DNA of 64,000 nucleotides from Camelus dromedarius (taxonomy: Eukaryota): contig NC_087438.1 of the NCBI RefSeq assembly GCF_036321535.1, forward strand, positions 115,692,001 through 115,756,000, in the 5' to 3' direction. Of this stretch, positions 1 through 11,900 are shown piece after piece. A program made the position numbers and the translations under genes. The notes beneath the pieces are model-generated. The model was not told where the DNA came from. It ran no database searches and saw only the letters and a program-made list of their open reading frames with translations. Position 1 is the stretch's first letter; each line of letters starts with the position of its first letter.

Positions 1-713
1 GCCCGCAGAAGGTGGCTCCAGGCCTGCCTGCAACTGATCAGTTGTATTATAAAAGGAAAATGCGGCAAGGACTTCAAGTGTCTTGAGGAGGCAGCTACCT
101 GGCTAATTTTTGGGAAGGGGACAGTGAGAGGAGCTGTCTTGAATTTGTTCAAGAACAAGCTAGGTAGGGAGGGCCAGAGAGCCAGGACGCCGGGCGTGGG
201 CCTGCCCAGGTGGGCTCAGACCCTTCTGGACTCCATGCCCCAGCTCAGGGCCCCTGCCCTCTCCTCTGATCAGGCCCTTGCTCCCGAGTCGCCATCTGTG
301 GGATGGGCCTGAGGCTCCAGATTAGAAACAAAATGTGAACAGGACACAATCTCCACCTCAGGGAACTTTCAGGCTGAATGGGTGTAGGAGGGCGCTCCCA
401 GTGCCTGGGACCCAAAGGGCTCTGCTAGGCATGGGCTGCGCCCAGACTACACGGCCAGGACCCTGGCCTGTGCCCCAAAGAGCAGAGATGGGGACACAGC
501 AGATGCACATGAGCAGAGAAGCAACTGGAAAGAACCCAAGGAAAGGATGAGGGCTGAATGTGGCTGGAGGCCAGGGAGTGGTGGACAGGGCTGAAAGGGC
601 GTCCGGTGGATGCATAGGAGTCAGCCTGACTGTGAGTCAAGCAAGGACACAGTGGCAAGAAGTAGAGAAGGGGCTGGGCAGGGCCAGATGGGCACTGGAC
701 AAAACGCTCCTCC

Positions 714-800
714 TGTGTGTGTGTGTGTGTGTATGTGTTTGCTTGTATATGTGGGTGAGAGTGTGAGAGCGTCTGTGTGTGCATGTCTGTGTGTGTGTGT
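714..800. repeat. (TG)n-rich imperfect microsatellite in WNT3A intron 2
   Basis: Interrupted tgtgtg runs seen directly. Confidence 0.9.
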
Positions 801-913
801 ATGGTTGGGGGAAGATGGAAGCTGAGGGTGCCAGTCCCAACTAAGAACTTCTTCTGGTACAAGTGGAGGATGCTGCAGACTGGACTCATGGCGAAGGACC
901 AGGAGGGGCAGGA

Positions 914-951
914 GGGGCCAGGGCCACTTCGGGGGGCCAGGGCCACTTCGG
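914..951 (+). repeat. Perfect 19-bp tandem duplication GGGGCCAGGGCCACTTCGG x2
   Basis: Copies at 914-932 and 933-951 are identical. Confidence 0.9.
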
Positions 952-1989
952 TAGGCCAGAGCAGCCTTCAGACTCGGGCAGTCCCCAGCCAAGCCTGCAG
1001 TGGGAGGCTGATAGGGAAGAAATGGGGAGTCCCTTTCTGGACTTGTGGTTGGGGTTTTGCCACCTGGAAGTTTCCAGAGAGCAATGAGAGTCCAGGCCTA
1101 TCAGATTACGCAGGACCCACGATACCCCCAGGCCCTTATCCTCCACCCACAGCGGATCATAGCTTGGTTCCCTTGAAGAAATGTTTGCACACACTCCGCA
1201 GGTATGATATATTCATTCATCCTGTCTGGAGAATCCTGGCTGGGGTTCCACCCTCTGCGAAGTCCAGGCTGTCCCCCACATGCTCTGCACTTCCCTCTGG
1301 TCCTGCCAGCCCACCCCCTCCCCCACTGGGGCCCTGCCCTTGTGGATTCCCCCATGCAGAATACCCCTGCCCCGTGCTTTCGCTCTGTCAACTTCCTGCC
1401 TGTCCTCTGAGACCAGCTCCTCCAGGCCTCTGTCTACCAGGCTAGGCCCTCCCCCACCCAGCAACCCCCTGCAGCTGGCCTCTTGCAGGCAGACCTCCCT
1501 TGACTTCCCTACATGCCTGTCTGATCGAGATCAGCTCCACCAGCTTTCTCCCCAAGCTCCAGCCATCACCCTCTGTACTTCTACAAAACCAATATCACGT
1601 TCCCTGACTCAGTTTCTCCATTTGTGGAGGGGCCCGGCAGCTCCAAACCCAGCTCCTGGGGTCAGTCGTGGCCTGGACGCAATTCCTGGCAGGCATCCTG
1701 CAGCTCCCAGGCCCGAGCATGTAGGGGCAGCACGGAGTGAGGAGGCACTGGTCTTCAGAAAGTTCCAGAGGAGGCAGCCCTTCAGCTGGGCCTCTCAGTG
1801 CCTGGTGCCCGGAGCAAAAGAGGGTGTACAGACAAAGAGGCACAGGTGGGCGGTACGTGGGCCAGGAGCCACGCTCTGGGCTGAGCTGTCAGGCTGCTGG
1901 AAGCTTCCAACCGAGACATCTGGGCAGGAGGCTCCATCATGGGCTGTTGGGACATGAGCAGGAGGCTTTTTGTCTGCCTTTTTATTAAT

Positions 1990-3660
1990 CAGTTTGACTA
2001 TTTTGAGATTTATCCACACTCTGTTCCCTGCTATATGCTAAATAGAATTCCATTTTATGGCTATGCCACAACATTTTAATTGAAATATAATTGACATATA
2101 ACATTGTGTTAGTTTAGACGTACAACATAATGACTCAGTATTTATGTATATATTGTGAAATGATCACAGCAATAAGTTTAGTTAACATCCACCACCCCAC
2201 ACAGTTACAAGATTTTTCCTTATGATGAGAACGTTTACGACCTACTCTCTTAGCAACGTTCAAATACAGTACAGTATTTTTTTTTATTGACGTATAGTCA
2301 GTTTACAATGTTGTGTCAATTTCTGATGTACAGCATAACGTTTCAATCATACATGTACATACATATATGTGTTTTCATACTCTTTTTCATTATAGGTTCC
2401 CATAAGATATTGAATATAGTTCTCTGTGCTATACAGTATAAACTCGTTATTTATCTATTCTATATACAATAGTTAGTATCTGCAAATCTTGAACTCCCAA
2501 TTTATGGCTTCCCAATCCTTTTCCTCACTGGTAACCGTAAGGTTGTTTTCTATGTCTGTGAGTCTGTTTCTATTTTATAAATAAGCTCATTTGTGTCATT
2601 TTTTTTTAGATTCCACATTCAAGTGATATCATATGGTATTTTTCTTTCTCTTTCTGGCTTACTTCACTTAGTATGACAATCTCCAGGTCCATCCATGTTA
2701 CTGCAAGTGGCATTATTTTATTCTTTTTATGGCTGAGTAGTATTCTGTTTTATATATAAATCTCACAACTTTTTTATCCAGTCATCTGTTGATTGACATT
2801 TAGGTTGTCTCCATGTCTTGGTTATTGTTAATAGTACTCCATTGAATATTGGGGTGCATGTATCTTTTCAAATTAGAGTTACCTTTGGATAGATGCCCAG
2901 GAGTGGGAATGCTGGATCATAGGGTAACTCTATTTTCAGTTTCTAAAGGAATCTCCATCCTGTTTTCCATAATGGCTGCACCAATTTACATCCCGACTAG
3001 CAGTGTAGGAGGGTTCCCTTTTCTCCACACCCTCTCCAGCATTTATAATTNNNNNNNNNNNNNNNNNNNNNNNNNNNNNNNNNNNNNNNNNNNNNNNNNN
3101 NNNNNNNNNNNNNNNNNNNNNNNNNNNNNNNNNNNNNNNNNNNNNNNNNNNNNNNNNNNNNNNNNNNNNNNNNNNNNNNNNNNNNNNNNNNNNNNNNNNN
3201 NNNNGTCTTCTGCCCATTTTTGGATTGGGTTGTCTGTTTGTTTTGTTATTAAGTTGTATGAGCTGTTAATACAATATTGTTAACTCTAGTCACTGTGCTA
3301 TACTTTACATCCCTACGACTTTTTATTTTATGCCACAGTTTTCCATCCTTTCACCTGTTGATGGGTATTTTGGAGCAGCCAGTTTGGGGCTATTACAAAT
3401 AAAACTGCAGTGACATTTGCTTCCTGATCTTTGCCTAGACACAGGTTCCTCCAGGGTAAATACTTGAGAAACAAATGACCAGGTCGTAGGGTAAGTGTAT
3501 GTTCTAAAGAAGGTGCCAAACCGATTCGAAGGGGCAGCACCAGTTTCCTTCCAGCCAGCAGTGTACGGGGTTCTGATTCCTCCACATCCTCACCAGCACT
3601 GATTATGATCTGACTTTCTGATTACAGCTGTCCCTGTGGTTCGCCATGACAAGTGATATT
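1990..3660 (-). mobile_element. Nested LINE-1 cluster: old L1M-type 3' fragment, interrupted by an L1MA-like 3' end (about 2073-3328), itself interrupted by a younger L1 3' end (about 2278-3269)
   Basis: Typical antisense L1 3'UTR text (ttttattgacgtatagtcagtttacaatg..., atccatgttactgcaagtggc..., gggttcccttttctccacaccctctccagcattt). TSD TATGCCACA at 2062-2070 and 3329-3337; degenerate TSD TACAGTAT/TACAATAT at 2270-2277 and 3270-3277. Subfamily names are from memory. Confidence 0.85.
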
Positions 3661-3942
3661 CAGGTTTTTTTTCTTGGGCTCCTTGGCCCTCAGGATACTT
3701 TCTTTGGGGGAAGCTCTCCCTCCTCCTTGGGTCCTTGCTTCAGGACGCAAGCCCCTGTCGCATCTCAGCCAGGCTTCCCCGACTCCCATTACCGATTACC
3801 GATTACCGAGGTGTGAGTCTAGCACCCCACGCCCACCATGGGCGCCCAGGACCCAGCCCGAGAAGAGGCAGCCACGCCCCTACGCCCAGCCCCACCATCC
3901 CGCCCTGCCAGGTCCTGCCAACCATGTCGCCTCATTCCGCAG

Positions 3943-4208
3943 CCACCCGGGAGTCCGCCTTCGTGCACGCCATCGCCTCCGCCGGCGTCGCCTTCGCTGT
4001 GACACGCTCGTGCGCCGAGGGCTCGGCTGCCATCTGCGGCTGCAGCGGCCGCCACCAGGGTTCGCCGGGCGAGGGCTGGAAGTGGGGCGGCTGCAGCGAG
4101 GACATCGAGTTCGGCGGGATGGTGTCTCGGGAGTTCGCAGACGCTCGGGAGAACCGGCCGGATGCTCGCTCCGCGATGAACCGCCACAACAATGAGGCTG
4201 GGCGCCAG
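3943..4208 (+). CDS. WNT3A: Wnt-3a coding exon 3 (upstream exons lie outside the window)
   Basis: ag|CCACCCGG ... CGCCAG|gtacgt, 266 nt. Encodes (A)TRESAFVHAIASAGVAFAVTRSCAEGSAAICGC...GWKWGGCSEDIEFGGMVSREFADARENRPDARSAMNRHNNEAGRQ, characteristic of Wnt3a. Confidence 0.97.
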
Positions 4209-5119
4209 GTACGTCCTCGGCCCCCTCGCGTCCCGCGGTGTTAACTGGAGAGCCCGGAGACCACACCCCTGCAGGTCCCGGGAAATAGAAACTCTCAGAG
4301 CAGGGCCTGTGCTGTGGTCCCTTGAGGGGTTACCACCCCAAGGTGGGGGCAGGGCGGTGGGCTGCGGGAGGGACGCCTATGGTGGCCCGGCTGGGGTCTG
4401 CTCACCTCCTGACCAGGGATGTTTGAAACAGAGCTGTCCAGTTGCTCCCACAAGGTCTACGGCATTCCCACAGGATGGAGGGCCCATCTGGGATGGGACA
4501 AAGGCCCGCCCTGCAGGAGCTTTCAGGGAGCATCACATTCAGGGAGGGGAGACAGCCAGGCCACCACACCACAGTGTGGTAAGTTCTGTAAAGAGGAAAT
4601 GTACACACAAGACCAAGAGGTCAGACCCAGGCTGGAGTCTCGAAAAAGACTTATACTGGCAGAGGTGATGAGTGGGGACAAGCAGAGTAATTGGCAGTTA
4701 TCTAGATGAGGGGAGGCCAGGAGAGCCTCTGGGTAGCCCAGAGGTGAAAAAATGCAAGTGAGTTAGGCCAGGAAAAATATGGGAAGAATATGGAGAACAG
4801 AGGAAGAAAGAGATCTGGGGAGTGGAGAGGCTGGTAGGGACCAAGCTGCAAAGGGACTTAGAAGGTCAGTGGGGAACTTCTGTTAGGAAGTGATGCATAT
4901 AGGGACTGAGAGGTGTCCAGCAGAGTTAGCAACACCAAAAGGGCCCTGGCCTTGGCCAGTGGAACTGGGGAATTGTGAAGGGCTAAAGCGTGAACAGGGA
5001 CATATGACTTCCAAACAGGGAACTAGGTGACTCAGATGGCTCTTCCTGGTAAGGATGAGTATAAATGGAGGATGAAATGTATGAAGCACCCTTTATAAGT
5101 ATAGACTGCTCACCTGTAT

Positions 5120-5850
5120 ACAGTCACCTAATTTATCATAGAGAAGATAGTGCAGTACAGAGAGGCTTTTCAATAAATGGTCCTCAGTCAACTTGATAAC
5201 AATATGGAAAAACTTAATCTTGCCCCCCTACCTTATACCGTATTTTAAAAAATCAATTATAAATCCAAATGGAAATGGTTAAAGAAAAAAAAATTTAGAA
5301 GAAAACATCTTTGTGACCTTGACTTAGGCAAAAATTTCCTAAAAGGTCCCCCCAAAAAGCAATCATAATGAAGGGAAAAAATGTAATCATGTGGACTATA
5401 TTAAAATTAAGGACATCTGTTCATAAAAAGGCACCTCCATGAAACTAAAAAGACAATCCACACAGGAGGAAGTGTTCACAATATATATCTCCAACAAATA
5501 CATGAAAATTATAATATAAAAAGAGCTCTAAATTTTTCTATAAATAAATAAATCTCTACAAATTAACAATAAAAAAGATAACCCAATAGAAAAGTTGTCT
5601 AAAAATTGGAAAGCCACTTAGAAGAAGATCTAGAAATGGCCAGTAAATATATGAAAAGGTGATCAGTATCATTAGTCATCAAGGAAATGCTGTTAGAATG
5701 CATGCCCTGGAGAAAGGAGAGGATAACAACTGGAAGAGAGCATGTTGGGAGATTCTTAGGAGCTGATGCTCTGGGACGGGTAATCTGTGGAACTTTGTCA
5801 TATTTTGTGTTTATGACATATAAATTTTTGTATGTACGTTACACTTCCAT
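5120..5850 (+). mobile_element. Degraded L1M ORF2-end/3' fragments
   Basis: A-rich text resembling the L1 ORF2 3' part (cttttcaataaatggt..., ttgtgaccttgacttaggcaaaaatttcct, gactatattaaaattaagga); heavily decayed. Confidence 0.7.
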
Positions 5851-6499
5851 AAAATAATTGTCAGGTGTCAAATAACTAACCATATAGTTAGGATTAGCAG
5901 TCTAAGGTCCAGGAGAAGACAAGACTCTGAGCCTGGTACCTGGGGCAGCTGTTGTCCAAAGGTCATTTCCTGATGTGGAAAGAAGTGCATATGCTGAGCT
6001 GCACTTTTAGCAGCCTCACAGAGCTAAAAGGGGCCCACGAAAGGTGCTATGTTTAGGAAATAACTCCTCAGTTTAGGCTGCGACCCTGAGGAGTAGAGGA
6101 AAACCAGAAGGAGACGAACCCTTGTGCACATGTGCAGGCTAGAAAAATCTCAAGACTGAAGATGGTTCCAAATTGCTGGTATATCCAGGCACCTGGAAAA
6201 AGCAGATAAATCTTCTTTGGAGGATGGTAACCTTATGCTAGGCTGAAATTATTTCCTACAAATAATTCTTCAAACACAGTATCCAATACATAATCAAAGA
6301 TAACCTGTTAAATGAACTGATGATACAGTGAGTGATAACCAGCAAAAATGGGAAAGATAAAGGAAAAGGAAAACCAGAAACAAGACTCTGAATACTGGAA
6401 TTATTAGTCAAGATTATGAAAAATTGTGCTTATGTGTGCTGACAAAGCTAAAATGTAATACAATAAATTTGGGAAAGAATCACATAGAAATTGTAGACC

Positions 6500-8590
6500 T
6501 GAAGAATGAATGGGGGCTTCCAGTTAAAGATGACAAACAAAATACAAACTTTTCCCTCTGCATTCTCCTAGAAACCTACTAAAATGACAATAAATTAATT
6601 TTAAGATACATAAATAAACAACTGGGAACGTGGAAGACAGAAGAGGTGACGATGGCAACAAACTTTGAAAGCAAAAATCATATAGATGAATACTTGATAT
6701 CTTAGTACACTCAGGAAAGCTGAATCTTAAGCCAGCAGAGACCTCTGAGAACCAGGAATTTCTAGCATCAGATATCTTGAGAAGTAGAGATAAATATGGG
6801 ATTGGAAACAGAAAGATTGGCTGAAATCTATTTTCAAAGCACTTTTTAAGTTACCGGCTCTTCTGTCCAACCCCTTGCATCCAAGCAACACCCCTCCTTT
6901 ACCATGGCAGAATTCTGGAAGCTTATTCCCTAAAAAGAATAAAGCAGGTGTCTGGGCTGAAGGACACCAAGTACAGCTGAGGGTGAGACTGCCCGAGTGA
7001 AACTGGTCTGTCTACATACACATTTCTCTTCCTGATCTCCTAATGCCACAGTGAAGCTTGATTATGCTCTAGGAAGGAGAATGGAAAAGTCTCCCCTGAG
7101 AATCAGACCAACCCAAGAGAAAAGACTTGAAGATACTGATGTGGGGTTCCCCAAAAAACAATGTGGCCAGATCACTCTATAGTGAAGGCCCAAGTTGATG
7201 AGTCCCTGCACAGGAGATTCCGACAAGATTTTTGGTGCCCCACTTGTAAATACGACCAGACAGCCAAGGATCACTGGACATCTGAGGAAGGCCTCCAGCA
7301 ACCACAAAGGCAAAGACCAAAATAAAGAAACAAAAACCGAAGTTATGGAAAAGAGACATTATAAAGACAGATGAAAACTTCAAAAAACTATCACAATTCC
7401 CAGAGAGATAAAACACTGAATCCATGAAATTGGAACAGGATGGTAATTTAAAAGAACATTCAGGGGGGAAAAAAAAGAAGCTCTTAGAAATTAAAAATAG
7501 GACAGCATAAACAAAATCTCAGCAGAAAGGTTGGAAGATAGTTGAGACACCCTTTCTACAAAGTAGAGAAAAAAAGACAAAGAGATGGAAAATAGGAAAA
7601 ATTAGAAAATGTGGAGTATCTGTCCAAGGGAGGTAACAATGAACGTGGAGATAAGGAAATTGGCAAAGAAGTAAGACAAGAAGATTCCCAGGGCCGAAGA
7701 GCAGAAGGCAGACCACACAGGCCCCATAAGTGATTGGCTCAAGAAAGAGGAAGACCCACATCAAAACTCATTGCTGTGAAATTCACAGCCCATGACACAC
7801 AGAAACCTTCCAAGCTTCCCAGAAAAAGGTTTGGTTTCATGCAAAGGATCCGGACGCAAAATGTCATCAGAGTTTCTAAGAACAACAGTGAAAGCTATAT
7901 AAAATATAGCAATGCTTTCAGAATCCTGAGAGGGAAAAATATTTATACTCAACTAAACAATCTTTTCAACTTTTCAAGTAGAAAAGATTTTTTTCCAGAC
8001 ATGCACATTTCACAAAATTTGCTAGAAGGCCTTTGAAAAAGAAAGCTCCAAGAAGCTGAAATTAATAGAAAACCTGATGTGTTTGAAAGTCTTGAAGAGC
8101 ATATTTAGACAACTAAGGGAGAGCTTGAGAATGAATCTGTGATAAATACATTAAAAATAACAATAACAAAATGTTTTGTAGAAAAAGGAAAAGCAATCAT
8201 GTCACATGGCTCAACTGAGGATGCTATGACATTTAACACAGCCCCAATACTGTCAGCACTAAATATTGACCTAACTGGAATTATGCTACAGTTTTTAGAG
8301 TAGGAAAGGGGGTTGGGAAAGTGTGCATCAGAGTTGTGGGGTGAGGTCTATGGGACCTCCATGGTGAGAGGTCCATAGACAATGCTGAACACTGAAAAAT
8401 CAAGAAGTGGCAAGACAAATATTTTATTAGAGGTGCAAAGTACTGCCTCAAGTGGTCGGGAAAGTGCTGTGAGTGAGCGTGTGGGAGCAGAACTCCTGTT
8501 TTTCTTAACAGATCTTAAGCACTGTTGGACTCTTTAGAGTGTATGCATATGTAACTTTGATCAAAAGTAAAACTAAAACAAGCAACTAGG
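6500..8590 (+). mobile_element. Ancient L1-5'/HAL1-like relic with a decayed ORF1 (p40)
   Basis: ORF 7734-8036 reads GRPTSKLIAVKF...SNAFRILRGKN...KDFFPDMH, resembling L1 ORF1 motifs (RPTPRHIIVKF, WxxxFKxLxE, IKTFxD). Flanks are full of stops and strongly A-rich on the plus strand. Confidence 0.7.
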
Positions 8591-8807
8591 GAGGCAGAGA
8601 TGGGAAGTGGTAGCTCCTCTTTGGAAAAGCTTGGCCACAAAAGAGAAGAGAATGGAGATTAGACAGAACTGGACTTGGGGGAGTGAGTAATTTACAGATG
8701 CCCCTAAGAAAGGGCCAGTATGTGAGGGAAGGAGTGAAGAAATAATCGGGGGTGAGGGACCGGGTGGAGGCAGCAGCTGGACACAGAGCCCACATGAAGC
8801 CTCAGGC

Positions 8808-9128
8808 CAGCACTGTCCAACAGAAGAGTAATGGAAGCCACATACATATTTATAAATTTCTAGTAGCCACATTTAAAAAGGAAACAGGTGAAATTTGTTT
8901 TAATGATAAATCTTACTTAACCCACTATAGCCAACATGTTATCATTGCAATAATGCAATCAATATTAAAATTTTGAATGAAATAGTTTACATCCTCTTCT
9001 TACGTGAATCTGGGGATTTAGTGTGACCCAGCATGTGGTTTGAATTTAACAGCGCTTCTCAGTTTGGACCACCAGCTACATGTCAGGGGCTCACAGGTGG
9101 CTGGTGCCCACTGTAGTGGACAGTGCAG
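8808..9128 (+). mobile_element. MER33-like hAT-Charlie non-autonomous DNA transposon, near full length
   Basis: Terminal inverted repeats CAGCACTGTCCAA ... TGGACAGTGCAG; internal agccacat...tttctagtagccacattt...aaacaggtgaaatt matches the MER33 consensus as I recall it; 321 bp. Confidence 0.85.
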
Positions 9129-9777
9129 TCTTAGTTCTGATTATGTCACAGGACCCTTCACCCCCCACCCCCACCCCGACTCTTTTCCCCAAAGAGAGAA
9201 AGGAAGAGAACCTGATGTTGAGATGCCCTCGGGTGAAACACTTACTCCTCAGTCACTCTCCAAACAGTAGACTAAACCCAGCTTCCTGGGCCCTGAAGGT
9301 GCCCTGCTCAAGCCACTCCTGTGACCCTCCCCCAGCCTTGCCACTCAGCCCATGCACAGTTCATCTGGGCCAGGTCTTGGGTTCTCTCAGTCAAAATGAA
9401 CTCCTTCCCTCCTGCACCCGGACACTTACATGCCACAAGTTACAGCCCCTTCCTTCCTTCACCCAACATAGATGATACAGAAGTAAACCCAGCCAAGGAG
9501 GGGGAGGGGGAGCCTCTCAGGCCTTGCCCTCTGGGGATCTTGGGTCGGCCCTGGGGAGTCACATGGTACAAGAGCCTGCTGGCACCACAGGGAAGTGTGG
9601 CGCTGGGCAAGGGCACCCACTAAGCCTGGGAGTTGCGGGAGCTCTATGGAGCAGGTGGACGGGTTGAGTTTGCCAGGTGAGCAGAGGGGCAGCTGCAGGC
9701 GAGGAGCACAGCCATCCTCTGGGGAGGCGGGGAGACTGAGAGCCGGCCCTGACGCCCCCGCTCACGCGCTCCTGCAG

Positions 9778-10257
9778 GCCATCGCCAGCCACATGCACCT
9801 CAAGTGTAAGTGCCACGGGCTGTCGGGCAGCTGTGAGGTGAAGACCTGCTGGTGGTCGCAGCCCGACTTCCGTGCCATTGGTGACTTCCTCAAGGACAAG
9901 TACGACAGCGCCTCGGAAATGGTGGTGGAAAAGCACCGCGAGTCGCGCGGCTGGGTGGAGACCCTGCGGCCACGCTACACCTACTTCAAAGTGNNNNNNN
10001 NNNNNNNNNNNNNNNNNNNNNNNNNNNNNNNNNNNNNNNNNNNNNNNNNNNNNNNNNNNNNNNNNNNNNNNNNNNNNNNNNNNNNNNNNNNNNNNNNNNN
10101 NNNNNNNNNNNNNNNNNNNNNNNNNNNNNNNNNNNNNNNNNNNNNNNNNNNNNNNNNNNNNNNNNGCAGGGAGAAGTGCCACTGCGTCTTCCACTGGTGC
10201 TGCTACGTGAGCTGCCAGGAGTGCGCGCGCGTTTACGACGTGCACACCTGCAAGTAG
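9778..10257 (+). CDS. WNT3A: Wnt-3a coding exon 4 (last; TAG at 10255-10257; N-run 9994-10165)
   Basis: cag|GCCATC; [32 protein letters not shown]...[29 protein letters not shown]; 480 nt, frame kept across the N-run. Includes the lipidated-serine motif [10 protein letters not shown]. Confidence 0.97.
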   Translation, partial: AIASHMHLKCKCHGLSGSCEVKTCWWSQPDFRAIGDFLKDKYDSASEMVVEKHRESRGWVETLRPRYTYFKVXXXXXXXXXXXXXXXXXXXXXXXXXXXXXXXXXXXXXXXXXXXXXXXXXXXXXXXXXXREKCHCVFHWCCYVSCQECARVYDVHTCK

Positions 10258-11900
10258 TGGGCGCTGCCCCCGGCGCCGGCGGGGCGGGGCTCCTCCCGGC
10301 GGGGAGGCCGGCCCCCTCTGGGGGCGGGGCTTCTCCCTGGATGGGGCGGGGCTCCGGGGTGGAGTTCCTGGATGGGGGCGGAGTCCTCCTTAGTAGCGCA
10401 GGGGTGAGGCTCCTGAGTGGGGTGGAGTTCTTCCCAACAGGTGCGGGGCCCCTTCTCAAGATGAAGCTCCAGGGATGGGGGTCCTGGACGGGGGCACCGC
10501 CCTCTCTGGGCACAGGACTCCCAGGCTGGGAATTTAGCCTGCTATTAACTATCCTCAGAAGACCACACGATTCCATCCACCGGATCTCGTCTGTGTAGAG
10601 CAGTATCCCCTGGCAGAACGAGCTGTGGAGAACCTGTGGGGTGCATCCTGTTCCCCCATTCCTTCCACTGAGGTCTGCCACCTCCCCCTCCCCCGCCACT
10701 CCAATGATTCAGGTGCCTGAAGGCCTCTGGCACTCCTCCCTCAGCCTGGTATCTGCCAACGCTCCCAACCGGGGACCCTACCCAGGAGAGCCTTTGTCTG
10801 GCAGAGCCACACGAACTGCCTCGGCTTGGGTGAAAAAGATGGGGCCTGGTGGCAGCAGGTCGAGGAGGAATCTGGAACCTGAGACCTGGCTCTGTCTTGG
10901 CTGCCCTGTGCTGAGCATCAGTCACCTGGGCCCCAGCGAGGCGCCATTCTTGGCCTGGTCAGCAGTGTCCTCTGCTTTGCAGCTGACAGAAAGTCCTCTC
11001 CCTTCTCCTTGTCTTTGCATTCCCACTTGCAACCCATCTCATCCACGGGAGAGGAGCAAAGCCTCCGGTTCCAGTCCTGCTGTTGCATCTCTCTTGGCCT
11101 CAGCAGCTCTCTCCACCTCCCTCATTCACAGCCTCTTGCAAGGTAAAGGCAAGAAAGGGGCCCAGACTCCAAAGCTGCCCAGAGCCACTGGCCCGCACTA
11201 CCATCCAGGCCACACTCAGATCACTTTGAGTGGGGTTAGGTTGTTTGGGAGATTTGGTGGGGGGAGTGAGGTGAGCCCACACTGGTGCTGCAGACAGAGG
11301 ACCACAGTCCCTGGAGGGGTGGTCTTCCTCCCAGTCCCTCATGGTCAGGACTGACCCTCAGGTCCTGCTACTGCAGTCATGATGCACCAGACCTGCCTGC
11401 CACTGGCCATTGTCCTGGAGTCTCTGGTTGGCCACTCAGTCCTCCTCACATCTGATTTGTTCATCTAGTCTGGGTATGAGGGAGGCTGCTGGACCCCTCA
11501 GCTAATGCCCACAGGGACTTCCTGCCAGGTGCTGCCACTCCAAGACCTCTCCTTGCTCAGCCTCTGCCACTGTGAAACGTTGCCTGGCCCCCTGACCCCG
11601 GGGGCCCACCCTCCAGGCAGGGGGAGAAGACACAGTGAGGGGAGGGATGATCTGCATGCCCCACTAGGGACGCGGCCTTCCTCTGCCTTGAATTTTGCGT
11701 TTTTGATTTTAATTTTATTTCTGATGCTGCTATATCCACCATACACAGGAGCTGGACAAACAGACGTGGTGTTCTTGTTTTCCTTTTCTTTCTGTGAAAG
11801 AAATTATTTTAGTCATAGCTTGTGAGTTTCAAACAATGGGGAAAGTAAAAACAAAACAAACAAACAAACAAAAAAAAAAAACAAAAAGAAGAAACAATCA
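10258..11900 (+). other. WNT3A: WNT3A 3'UTR (3' end uncertain)
   Basis: Follows the stop codon. Block 11681-11740 (ctctgccttgaattttgcgtttttgattttaattttatttctgatgctgctatatccac) resembles the distal human WNT3A 3'UTR as I recall it. Confidence 0.65.

Noticed and set aside
8554-8560. TCF/LEF-type CTTTGAT in WNT3A intron 3, suggesting autoregulation
   Set aside because: A single 7-mer at the edge of a decayed LINE relic; no clustering or conservation evidence.
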